Source of the DNA: Heterodontus francisci
Lineage: Eukaryota
Direction of reading: 5' to 3'
Length of the DNA: 64,000 bases
Assembly: GCF_036365525.1 (NCBI RefSeq)
Contig: NC_090401.1
Location: forward strand, 24,181,839-24,245,838
The translations under genes were made by a program, and so were the position numbers. Below, one piece after another: positions 49,482-60,411 of the stretch. How positions within the stretch are numbered: position 1 is the stretch's first letter; every line of letters begins with the position of its first letter. The notes under the pieces were generated by a model. That model ran no database searches. It saw only the letters and a list, made by a program, of their open reading frames with translations, and was not told where the DNA came from.

Positions 49482-49519
49482 AACATCTGACACTACATCT
49501 AGGCGCTACCCCAACATTA

Positions 49520-51187
49520 GCAGCTGAAGTGGGGGCAGTCCGCTCATTGCATTGTTCTGTTGCCCTGGATGACCATAGAGGGTATACTCAGGAGGTATGG
49601 GGTCTTGAGGGTTCCATCCTAGTGGGGGGTCTTCAGCACTGAGTATTCCCCATGGGCTTGCCTGCCAGAGGTAAGGAGGTCAATGTTGGGGGGGGGGACA
49701 GGAGACACCGCTTACTCTGGGTCTGTCCTGACAGAAAGGCCCTGGGACAGCTAGCACGTACTCTTCCTCCATCTAGGTGCACATGGCACCTTCTTGTCTC
49801 CCTGAGGAGAAGGGGTACCCGGAGGGAGGTCAAGGTTCCTCGTCCTCCTTTTGCTTAGCCATTTCTGCATGCAGCCCATGGCCACAGTGCTGGAGTGCAG
49901 GTCAGACCGCATATGGGTAGAATGCTCAACCAGACTTGCCATGGAGCTCACCAAAATCTCCACTGAGGAAGCCATGCACTCTTATGCTTGGGACATGGCA
50001 GACATCATGGCTTGCATAGACTCCTCCATGGCATGCGCAAAGCCACACATGATTTCAAGTATTGCAAACATATTTTCCCCATGATTTCTCTGCACTTCCA
50101 GCAGATCTCTTGTAGCCTCAAACAGAGGATCATCATGAGCGTGGGGCTGAGCAGGGGGTTGGTTCCAAGCAGTCCTCCGATGGTCAAGGGACCCGGCTGT
50201 AATGTGCTCCCTCAGCTGCTGGGATATGCCTGTGTTGTGCACGCCAGATTGTGACCCTGATTCTAATCTGAAACCCCCTCTGTGGATCGTGCCGATGTAT
50301 CTACACTGGTGGAGGCGGAAGAAGAGGCAGGTGATGGTGACCCTCTGGGACATAGGCAGCGGCTTGTACTTCATGGTGTTCAGCTGGTCAAGAGCGGGCA
50401 CCTACAGTGGCAAAACAAATAGAGACACATTAAGTATCATTACATCATGAGGTTAACACTTTAACACACATTCCTCCTGTGATCACATATGGCTGCAACA
50501 GTAAATTTAAAACCTCATCCTTAGGCCTTGACGATCTTGCCTCGCTGTCAGCAATTGCTCTACCTCCTTGCTCTCCAGCCAGCTCTGCTGCCTCCTCCTC
50601 TGCTCATGTCAATATTCTTAAGTCAGGTACTCCTCCACCCGTTTTGGTGCGTTCATGCTGATTATGGGACAGTTTATCCTGCAGAAGATGCTGATTTAAT
50701 GAGAAGTCAAATGATGTTGCAGAAGCATTGTCCACATGCATCAGCATCCCTCATTCTGGACTGTCATTCACACGCTGCATCTAAGTGCAAACATATGCCA
50801 CACTTACACATTCTACACAATCATGTGGTATTTGACACCGAAGCTCATTGCACATTCGAACGCATGTTATGACTGCCCACTATCATAAACACATTCTCAC
50901 AGAGCCAAGGTGCAAAACACTTGTGCAGCTTTGGCAACATCACTTGCCCTCACAGATCTGAGCAAGGAATTGACACATTTCCGACACTGTTCTCAGGTTC
51001 TACATGTGACCCCATGGGTTGAGACCTCCTCCGCCACCTCCATCCAGGCTGTCTTAGTCAGGCAGGAGGGTCTTTTGAGTCCATTCCTTGGGAAAAGGAC
51101 TTTGTGCCTTTACCTGATAGCCTGGAGAAGAGCCTGCAAGGAGGCATCACTAAACCGTGGGGCCAGACGCAGCTTGCTGGCTGCCAT
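49520..51187 (-). pseudogene. Harbinger Myb/SANT-like gene remnant, three exons (inner element)
   Basis: MAASKLRLAPRFSDASLQALLQAIR..KTAWMEVAEEVS..TC.N.EQCRKCVN; CTGCAG|DKLSHNQHERTKTGGGVP; CTGTAG|exon 3 from ~50401; right TIR-like TAAAATACCGCCC ends at 51600. Confidence 0.82.
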
Positions 51188-51600
51188 GACAGTGCTGGTA
51201 TGGGTGGTGATGGTGAAAGGAGTCAAATATAATGGGGAGTTGGTGCTGGGTTGGGAGAAATTGTAAGAGATGAAAGAGTGAAAAAAAATACTTGATTTAA
51301 GCAAGATGAAAAAAGATGTCCTCAGTGAGATGAAAGACCGAGCAGGCTGCTTAACCTCCAGGCTTGCACTGCGGAATGATTTATGGCTGTGGTGTTAATG
51401 GTGCTTTGCAGATTGATGGCAGGATCCACCAATGAAAATCCATCCGTGCAGCATGATCGCATGTGTCTCCCGTGCCTGCAGCCGGCACTTAAATTTACAT
51501 ATGTGATCAGGTCGGAAACAGCAAAAAGGGCTGAAGTGGAAATGCTGCCAACTTCCAGTTTTGCCGTCTGAGATGCCATGGGATACATAAAATACCGCCC

Positions 51601-52060
51601 GTCATATCCTTTTGGGTGGTCGCACACAATCTGCACATTGGGGGAGTGGAACCCCTTCCTGTTGACAGAAGCTCTAGGCTGCTCTGAGGGAGACTTGATG
51701 GCCACATGTGTGTAGTCTGTGACACCTTGGGCCTGAGCGAATCCTTTCATGGTGCTGAATCTGATTGCACTCTCCGGATCCTTGTGTAATCCCCTGCTCT
51801 CGTGAACAAGTCATCCATCAACTTCCTTAAGCAATGATGGGCCACAGATTGGGAGAACCCACAAATGTCTCCAGCCAATCTCTGGAATTACCCTGTAGTG
51901 AAAACATTGAGTGCCATGGTTACCTTCAGCCCCACAGGCAATGGGTGACCCACCACTTCCCAGTGGTCTCAGCTCCTCCTCCAGCATTCTGCGTAGGTCA
52001 GCGACCACCTGTCTTGACAGACGCAGTCTTCAAAGACACTGGTACCTGCATCCAGCTCAC
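51601..52060 (-). pseudogene. Harbinger transposase N-terminal part (outer element), cut at 51600
   Basis: VADLRRMLEEELRP..; GFAQAQGVTDYTHVAIKSP..NRKGFHSPNVQIVCDH. Confidence 0.8.
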
Positions 52061-52654
52061 CTCCAGCCAGTGAGTTCCCATCCCAACTCCCACTCCCCAG
52101 TCTCCCACTATTTTCCCGCCACCTCACCCGCCCTCAACCTCGTTTCCATGGGGTTGGGAAAATTCAGCCCAGTGTGTCAAATCTAAGCTAAGCTGTGAAT
52201 GTCTACAAAATAGAAATGCCTCCTGTTATGAAGGAATCAATGCAAAATGAATATCACGTGAAGTGAAAAGAGTTGAGATTCCTTAAAATGTTGGATAAGA
52301 TTATCATTGATTAATTTAACAATTTACTGATTCATTTGCCAATATGCTGTAAAGATAGGACTCTAGCTTTGATAATGTAGTAATCTGAGTAAATTTTAAA
52401 GGTGCAGCAACTCAAGGTGGTTTTAGAAGAGCAGTCATTTTAAAATTAGACTGCAGGTTTGAACAGACCTCGTGTCAAAACAGGATAGGTTTAAGGAGAT
52501 GTTGGTGATTAATAACTGAAACTTGAGTGTCATCAGCAATTGCTATTGCCGGTAAAAGGTCTATAAAAATTGGAACAATGGCCGGTTGTTGGTTCAGTCC
52601 AAAGAGGAGCAGAGAAAAACAGAATGCCTTTACAAAATGCTGGATAGGAGCTGA

Positions 52655-52885
52655 TGTCCCTTTCAGAACTTAGTATGCTAATGAACCAAGTACCAGGATG
52701 TAGTCATGTGACTAGAAGCCATAGTCACTCTGCAACTGTAACACCCTAGATAAAGGTTCCGCATAAAGTTTGCTCTGTATTGTACCTACGAGTTAAGCTG
52801 TTAATAAACCTTTAAGAGATCTTCAAGGAACTGAAATCCAAGTACCTCATTGTGTTGCTTAAGATAACACAAAGAACACGTGACA
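52655..52885 (+). mobile_element. Family-B solo-LTR-like repeat (may extend leftwards)
   Basis: CTTAGTATGCTAATGA..GTCATGTGACT..GTCACTCTGCAACTGTAACACCC..AATAAACC..GAGATCTTCAA..GATAACACAAAGAAC. Confidence 0.65.
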
Positions 52886-52971
52886 GAATTGAGCTCAGGA
52901 TGCTTAAACCTGATGGGTAAGCAGGAAAACCAGAGTTTGAGCTGATGTGGCCAAAAATGATTAAAATTATT

Positions 52972-53625
52972 TGGCAAAATCTTATGCCCTTTAAGAATAA
53001 GCATGGGATCGGACCATTTCTTGGTCCCGATCCCGCTCTTGTCGGCAATGTGCCCACCAGTGCGATCTTCTGGGAGGCTGCATCCTAATTAGCCGCCTCC
53101 GTATCCACCATCCAATTAAGGACGGTGGACGAATTCCTGAGGCTGCAGGTCCAATCAGAAGGTCTGCAGTCTTGGAAGGATGCCAGCCCCACCGGCAGAG
53201 GGGTTGCAGGATGGGGACCACAAGAGTGCCTCCATCTTGAGCTGCCCTCTGTCGCGTTATTAACTTTTTCAAATTAAAATGTGCCCACAGCTGCCAGGTC
53301 ACACCTGTGGAGGGGCAACTCCTCCATAGGGTGGCCTCTGTGGCCTCCTGATCCTTGCATTTCCAGTGGTGGTGGGAGGAGTTGAAAGAGGCATTGTGAA
53401 CCCCCCCCCCCCACCCTGGTCAGTCACTGGCATGCCACCTCCAGGCACCTGGCAGGCTTTGGCCTTAGCTGGGTGGGGAGGGTTCCTGTCTGAATCCCAG
53501 CAACATCCCCAGTCTGCCCACAATTGGGCATATAGTTATTCAAATTGGTGCCGGGTAGTCCACTGCCATCAATGGTTTGCTATGATCAACTGGTATCATG
53601 GTTGCATCCCTTGAAATTCTTGCAC
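52972..53625. mobile_element. Degenerate Harbinger-type MITE
   Basis: GC-rich block with CCAATTAAGG / CCAATCAGAAGG motifs seen in other MITEs; termini only weakly TIR-like. Confidence 0.4.
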
Positions 53626-53639
53626 AAGCAAGAACTTGC

Positions 53640-54650
53640 TTCAGTTAAGGCAGTGAAGTTCTAAGGAGACCTTTGAAAAAGGGGAGAAGTAACAAGGTTG
53701 AGAGAGAATTCCAGAATTCAAGATGATGATATGTTTGTGTGGCCAAAGGTGGAGCAGACAGAGGCAAGATGCAAAGAAAGTCTGAGACAGAAGACTGGTG
53801 GGTGCAGGTAAGGCTGGGAGGGGGGGCGGTTGCCAAGATAGGGAGAAAGGGGCAGTAGAGGGACTTGTCATTGAGAACAAGAATTTTAAATGTATGTTGG
53901 TAAGCGCAAGGGTAGTGGAGGAGAGCGGCTTATTGTGGTGTAGGATGTACATGGCAGAGTTTCAAATGAATTACAATCTGTTTAGGAATGTGGGAAGCAG
54001 TGAGATTGTTTGAGTTGTTGAGCGTAGATTTGATAAGGATATTGTTAAGGATTTCAATTTGAGCTGAGATGGAGCTTGAAGTATTTATGCAAGTGGGCAT
54101 TCTTGGTTGTGGCTATAGTGTCATGTTAAAAGCTCAGTTCGGGGTAAAACAACACAATAAGGTTGCACACCATTGTGTTGAGGCTGAGCGGAAAAGGGGT
54201 GGAGTCAGGTAATAATGTTCAAATGTTTTGAGAGGGGATGATGGGATGACTTTATTCCTGCTGGTGTCAAGTTGGAGAATGTTCTTGCTCCCTCATATAT
54301 TATTCATGGTTAAGTGGTCAGACAGGATAGTTTTGGTCATGGGGTCAAAATGATCGCAGAGAAATAGAGTTTTGTAATCTTGGCATAAATATGAAAACTG
54401 ACCCTGTGTCTACAGATGGTGTATAGAGCAAAAGCGTACCCAGGAATGGAGCATTACAGGATAACTAAGGTGATTGTGACTGTGCTGCCATTGTAGGAGA
54501 TATGTTAGCTGTCTTTGGACAGGTTGGAGAGAACCAAGCGTGCCACAGAAATGGACCAGAGAGGGGAGATGATGGAGAAAAATGAAGGGAAAAGAGGGAT
54601 AGCATACCATGGTCCCAATCTCAGAGGATGTTTTTGACTTTAACCAGGGC
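53640..54650 (-). mobile_element. Old L2 fragment
   Basis: Colinear with other L2 copies (GAATTCCAG..; AGAATTTTAAA..; GGCATAAAT..; ACCCAGGAATGGAGC) but strongly decayed. Confidence 0.5.
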
Positions 54651-55458
54651 AGCCTTAGTGCTAAGGACAAGAAGGAAACAGGACTGTAGGGATTCACGCA
54701 TAGGAAAAGTGAACATGGAGCTTGGTAGTGAGGATTTGTGCAATGACAATTTATTTTAAGCATTTTCCATTGTAATAAATTCACTTAAGTAGGCCTTATT
54801 ATATCAAAAGGGCCTGTTACTGTCAGTGAATGTACCTTCAATTATTTGGCTAATAGAAATAGCTGGACATAGAGTGTGTCTTACTTCTGCTAGGGATATG
54901 ACCCCACTCTATGTGCCCAGCATAACAGCTCTAGCCAGAAAGACATCAAACTGGAAGTTGAGATCTTTCAGTTTAGAAACAACTGAATAACTCAAAACTC
55001 AGAAGTTTCTTTTGAAATAACAATTGTGAAGATGAAAAGAAAATACTTGAATAAATATAGATTAAAAAATCCTTGCAGTACATGAGGAGAATGTTAACTT
55101 GAACTCCTTGTCACATGCCTGAGGAGATGAAGATGTTGGCTTTCACTCAACTATGTGTATAATGATTAGAGGTGGTGAGTGGCAGGTCTAAAGGTACAAT
55201 TACATGCACCCTCTTCATTCTTGTAGTGACCTGAAGAGAAGATTGATTCTCTAACCAAGTGCTTCTCCCTACCATTGTATTCTGCTTCACTGCGTTTCTA
55301 AAATCAAAGGTATATTTATTTTGAAGAATCTTTGCTCTTTAGAGTGGTTTAGTGCAAACTCTAATCTAAGCAATCATACATTGTGGACGTCATGAATTCT
55401 CTTCCCAAGTTGCAACTTTGCCTTCCTCTTCAGTCAGTGAAATCTCACATCTGCATGG

Positions 55459-56404
55459 TGTTACGACCAGGTGGGAAGGGTGTCTAGGGGTTCCCTCTCA
55501 GCCTTCATCTGGTTTTACTGTAACAGGGTTTAATTTTAAACACACCGTGTTTTCAACTCCCCCTTGGTGAATCCTTGTTCACTGCTTCCCAATGATAAGG
55601 CAGAGAAATCAGCACAAACAGGCTTTCTTAGGTTTAAAGAAGAAAAGTTGAAATTTATTAAACTTGAACTTATCTCTAATTTGGTTAACGTCAACGGATA
55701 CACGACATGCCCACGCTAGCATGCATATGCGATACACACATGCAAATAGAGACAGAAAAGAGCAGAAGAAAAAAAAAGTGAAAAGTTTGAGGCAATATCT
55801 GAAGAGTTTTTGTTACGGTTCTTCAAGCTCACTGTAGAGTCCTTGATTGTAGGTAGATCTTGCTTTTAATTGGGGCCCAGTATTCTTCTTAAACCTTGTT
55901 TGCTGTAGGAGACTTTTGTCTCTTGGGGTTCATGTGTCTTCAGTGGATTCAGAGGCTTGTGAGAAAGAGATGGGAGCAGGCAGGAGAGGCTGTGGCGAGC
56001 CAGTCAGGAGAGATCTTCTCAGCCCAGGAGCATTCTGCATTCTGCCCAAACTGTTTGTACAAATTCAAAAAAAACTCAGGTTGCCCTGCAGGTTAGTCAT
56101 GTGACTAACTGGTTTGACCATGCCCGTTTGTGTATTCAGCCATCTTAGCAGTCAACCTGGAATACTAGTTCCCCCACCTTCAACATCTGGTGATCAAAAG
56201 TCCATTGTGGGTTGAATGTGTCAGGGAATGGTTGCTTAGTTCTTCCAAACACTGTCTGTTAATATGAAAACATCTTTCCAGCCAAGATCTGGCAATTGTT
56301 TTTAATAGCAAGTCATTTCTTCACATCAACAACAGTTTGAAATTTAATACCCATGTGGTGAAATTAATATGCCTCATGCTTGGCAGGTAGAGGCCTGCAT
56401 GACT
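55459..56404 (-). mobile_element. Solo LTR (family A)
   Basis: Ends TGTTACGACCAGG / GGCCTGCATGAC are reverse complements of the 280-1155 termini; TSD ATGG/GTGG. Confidence 0.78.
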
Positions 56405-57570
56405 GTGGCATTCTGAAAATTAAAGGCCTATCAAACCAACAATGCAACAGAAATTTGACTAAAGTTTAAAAGAAATGAATAACAGACAAAATCATTATTA
56501 CCAGCAAGTTCATAATAAACAAGGGTTACATCCTCCAGCACAGCTACAGTCAATGTTTCCTGTAATAATTCATTTCAGAGAAACAATAACTTGCATTGTG
56601 ATGTAAAATGATATTTTGTCATTGTGCCATGTTTTTTTTTCCATATGATGGAATCTGAATAGCCATGAAGCTTTGGAAATAACAGGATTTGTTACTATTT
56701 AGAAGAATAATCTGATTTGAATTATGAAAGTTATCAAATGTTCTAACAGTAACTTTGGAAGTTCACTCCAAAATTTATGAGTGGACTTGTTAACATCTTA
56801 TCATATTCAATTTAATGAGGCTAAGAGCCCATTAAATTAGTTTTGTTTTGAACTGCATGTTAGGATGGAGTGAAACTGTGGACTAGTTTTGCCTCAGATC
56901 ATTACCTCTCCATGGGATGATCTGATGCTAAGACCATTGATTCAGTGTTTGGACTTTAACTAGCCGCAGAACTCATTTCGCTGGTTGTACCTAAATGGAG
57001 TTGATGATCTTGGTTTCTTAAAACAACCAGATTATATCTCATCAATAGATCTATATTTAGTTTGTTTGCATGTATCTGATGCTTCGTCATTAAATTCTTT
57101 AGCATTGATTCATTGCAAAATTTCCCACCATTGAGCCAATGTATTAAAAGCTGGGCACTGTATCGATAGAACGCTGTTATTTATTTTTATGTTCCTTGAT
57201 AATTTGATTTTGAATTTTCTCTTTGCCTTCCTGATTTTTTTTAAACTTCTCTCCTAAGTTCTTTGTATTCCCTGTTGTCTTCCTCTCCTTCAGTATCTAA
57301 GTTGTTCATGAATGTCTCTTTCTTTCAATTCAATGTTTGCTTTATTTCTTCATTCATCCATAGTGCTCCTTAATTAGCTTCCTTGTTTTTGGCTTAACGG
57401 TGAAATACATTTCTCTTGAATTCTCTTGATTACCCTTTTAAAGATTTCACACTTTCTTCTCTTTGTCGTTTAAGATTTGCTCCTAGCAAATAAAGATTTT
57501 CTTTAGTTCCACCCTCATTTCCTCATAATTTGCTCTTTTCCACTGTATTATCTTAATCTTTGTCCTACTT

Positions 57571-57936
57571 TTGAGGGGTCTTGACAAGCTGGTTGTCGAA
57601 AGGATGTTTCCTCTTGTGGGAGATCCTAGAACTAGGGGTCACTGTTTAAAAATAAGGGATCGTCCATTTAAGACAGAGATGAGGAGAATTTTTTTTCTCT
57701 GAGGGTCGTGAATCTTTGGAACTCTCTTCCTCAAAAGGCAGTGGAAACAGAGTCTTTGAATATTTTTAAGGCAGGGATAGTTAAGCAAGGTGGGGGGGGG
57801 GGTGAAAGGTTATTAGTGGTATACAGGAATGTGAAGTTGAGGTTACAATCAAATCAGCCATGACAATGTTGAATGGTGCAGCAGACTCGAGGGGCCAATT
57901 GGCATACTCCTGCTTCTAATTCATATGTCCGTATGT
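57571..57936 (+). mobile_element. CR1 3' end fragment (adjacent to an older minus-strand CR1 remnant ~57170-57570)
   Basis: RMFPLVG..RTRGH..KI..FKTEMRR.FF..LWNSLP; CR1 3' UTR. Confidence 0.85.
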
Positions 57937-57975
57937 ACTTATGACACTATTGATCCTGATCCTGCTCTTGAACCT

Positions 57976-58049
57976 TGAAATAAAAACTGAAAATATTGGA
58001 AATACTTAGCAGGTCTGGCAGCCTCTGTGGAGAGAGAAACAGAGTTAAT
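57976..58049 (-). repeat. Penelope pLTR tail fragment abutting the Harbinger left end
   Basis: GGAAATACTTAGCAGGTCTGGCAGCCTCTGTGGAGAGAGAAACAGAGTTAAT. Confidence 0.75.
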
Positions 58050-58509
58050 GACCAGAATTTCACCATTGAAAAACGAGACCCCACCGAGGCGTCCGAGACG
58101 TAAAATGACGGTCGATAACGTCAGGTCGGGTCCCCAAAATCATTACCCACTAATGTCATTTTACGCAGGTCGGACGGCGGGCGAGATCGAGGCGCCACTC
58201 TCCTTCAGTCAATTAAAGATTAATTTAGCTTGTTAAAACACCAATTGACAGCAATTTTATGTTGGCTGTCAGATTTTACGGTTGTATAACAAGTTGAGGG
58301 GTGTGTCGGGAACCCGGCAGGTTTAAAAGAGCGGCAGGCAGAGTATCTGTGAGGGAGTTGGAGGTACTGTTTTGTCGGTTCTTTATTCGTTGTTATTTAT
58401 TTGCGTGACTTTACAGTTTGTGGTAGTTTCAGCTGGTTCAGCAGGGTTCATCTGAATGTTTCTCACTCCTGGTCGGGCTCCAGCAGGATTGATTTATTGG
58501 ATGAAGGGG

Positions 58510-60022
58510 ATGGGGCTGTGTATGCCTGTCCTTACAGCAAGCTGGTAATACCTGAAGTAATTGCATCTCTGGGACACAGCAGCAATGGGAATTGTGCATT
58601 CTAGAGGTGGCTCAAGGAGGGACAAGAGGACAACTGGTCGGGGAACACGCAACCTGCTGGCCTAGTGCAGCCTCGTAAAGGGGGAGGGGGGAGAAGGTGG
58701 CAGAGCGGCCTAGGTGGAACCAGCTGTGAGGAAACGAGCCTACCCAGCAGGCAGGGTCTACCACCTACGTTTGAGCTTCCTGCAACTGTCAGAACGCCAG
58801 TGCTGAAGAAGACTGCATCTGTCACGGGAGACTGTCACATCTCTGTGTGAGATGCTGGCAGTGGAGGTCGTTTCCAATTGCGTGGGTGGCCATCCAGTGC
58901 CAATCGCACTGATGCTAACAGTAGCACTAAATTTCTATGCATCAGGCCCGTTCCAGGCTTCATTGGCAGACATGTGCGGCGTCTCCCAAGCATCAACGCA
59001 TCACTGCATTAAGGTTGTGACTGATGCCATTTTCAGGCATGCCAACCATTTCATCAACTTCAAGATGGACACTGCCAGTCAGGCCGAGAGAGCCAGAGGA
59101 TTCAGCACCATTGCTGCGTTCCCAATGGTCCAGGCTGTTACAGACTGCACTCATGTGGCCATTAGAGCACCTGTAGGTCAGTCAGGGACCTTCATTAATC
59201 GCAAGGGGTTCCACTCAATGAACGTTCAGCTGGTCTGTGACCATTGTAAGGGAATCATGCAGGTGTGTACACGTTATCCTGGAAGCAGTCACGATGCTTT
59301 CATTCTGTGGAACTCCCAGGTGCCAGCACTATTCAGCCCTTCTGAACACCTGCAAGGATGGATACTTGGTGACAGGGGTTATCTGCTGAAGACATGGCTG
59401 ATGACACCGGTGAGGAACCCAAGCAATAATGCAGAGGAACATTACAATGAGAGCCATGTGACCACCAGAGTGACCATAGAACAGACTATAGGTCCTCTCC
59501 AAATGAGATTTAGGTGTCTCGATCAGTCAGGTGGAGCTCTGCAGTACTCACCAGCAAGGGTCTCTAGAATTATTACAACAAAAAGAGCTGGAAATACTAA
59601 GCAGGTCTGGCAGCATCTGTGGAGAGAGAAGCAAAGTTAACATTTCAGGTCAGTGACCTTTCATCAGATGAAAGGTCACAGACCTGAAACGTTAACTTTG
59701 CTTCTCTCTCCACAGATGCTGCCAGACCTGCTAAGTATTTCCAGCTCTATTTTTTTGTTTCAGATTTCCAGCATTTGCAGTATTTTGCTTTTATCTCTAG
59801 ATTTATTGTCGTCTGCTACACCTTATATAACCTGGCGATGGAGAGGGGAGAGGCCTTGGAGGATGATCAAGGTCAGCGCGAGGCTTCCTCAGAGGAGGAT
59901 GGTGATACGGATGAAGAAGAGGGGCCGAGGCACCTGAACGGCAGGGAGAGGAAGCTGAAGGCCAGGTGGAGTTGTGTGCAAGAGAGACCCGGGAGGCTCT
60001 AATACTCAGGTGTTTCTCCTGA
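58510..60022 (+). pseudogene. Harbinger (HARBI1-like) DDE transposase, best-preserved copy
   Basis: ORF 58852-59640 with TDCTHV, NRKGFHS.NVQLVCD, YPGSSHDA, LGDRGY, IEQTIG; in-frame TGA at 58804; interrupted at RVSRII|VVC by a Penelope insertion; acidic C-terminal tail. Confidence 0.9.
59575..59793. mobile_element. Penelope pLTR-only fold-back insertion with hammerhead motifs
   Basis: TSD TCTCTAGAATTATT / TCTCTAGATTTATT (59561-74 / 59794-807); near-perfect ~85-bp arms centred on 59666. Confidence 0.88.
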
Positions 60023-60411
60023 ACAGATCTCATCAACCATAAACTGACAAGGCAGTCTGAGATGAGGCATTAATAGGAGCTGGAAGGGCAGAGGCACTCA
60101 CCTTCAGGGGAAATCTGATCTGAACCAGGCCACCTTTCTATCAAACACCACCCAGCCCAAATATGTCACCTATCAAATAATCCTTCTCATGCAGAGCAAA
60201 CATATTGCCTACAACAGCAGCAATGACCTGTGACATGTAAAAATGCCAAGTGAAAAACTTAATAACTTTTAGTGCATTTATACATCAAATAAATGTTTAC
60301 AAATTACACCAGTGACCCCGGAGTGCTGTTAGTGTGAATTTTTGAAACATTTGTGAGTGCTCTCGATGGTGGACGATCCCTCACCGCCAGCTACACCACA
60401 GGCAGATGGCT

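Larger units (their letters stand above)
43469..52170. mobile_element. Outer Harbinger element (Myb-like gene on +, transposase N-part on -) containing nested insertions
   Basis: TIR-like GGAGCTGGATTTT / AAAATTCAGCCC, flanks GGT/AGT; same convergent gene layout as 18719-20739. Confidence 0.55.

Noticed and set aside
43760-52060. Novel head-to-tail Harbinger gene arrangement
   Set aside because: Nesting of two convergent elements explains the order more simply, given the TIR-like end at 51600
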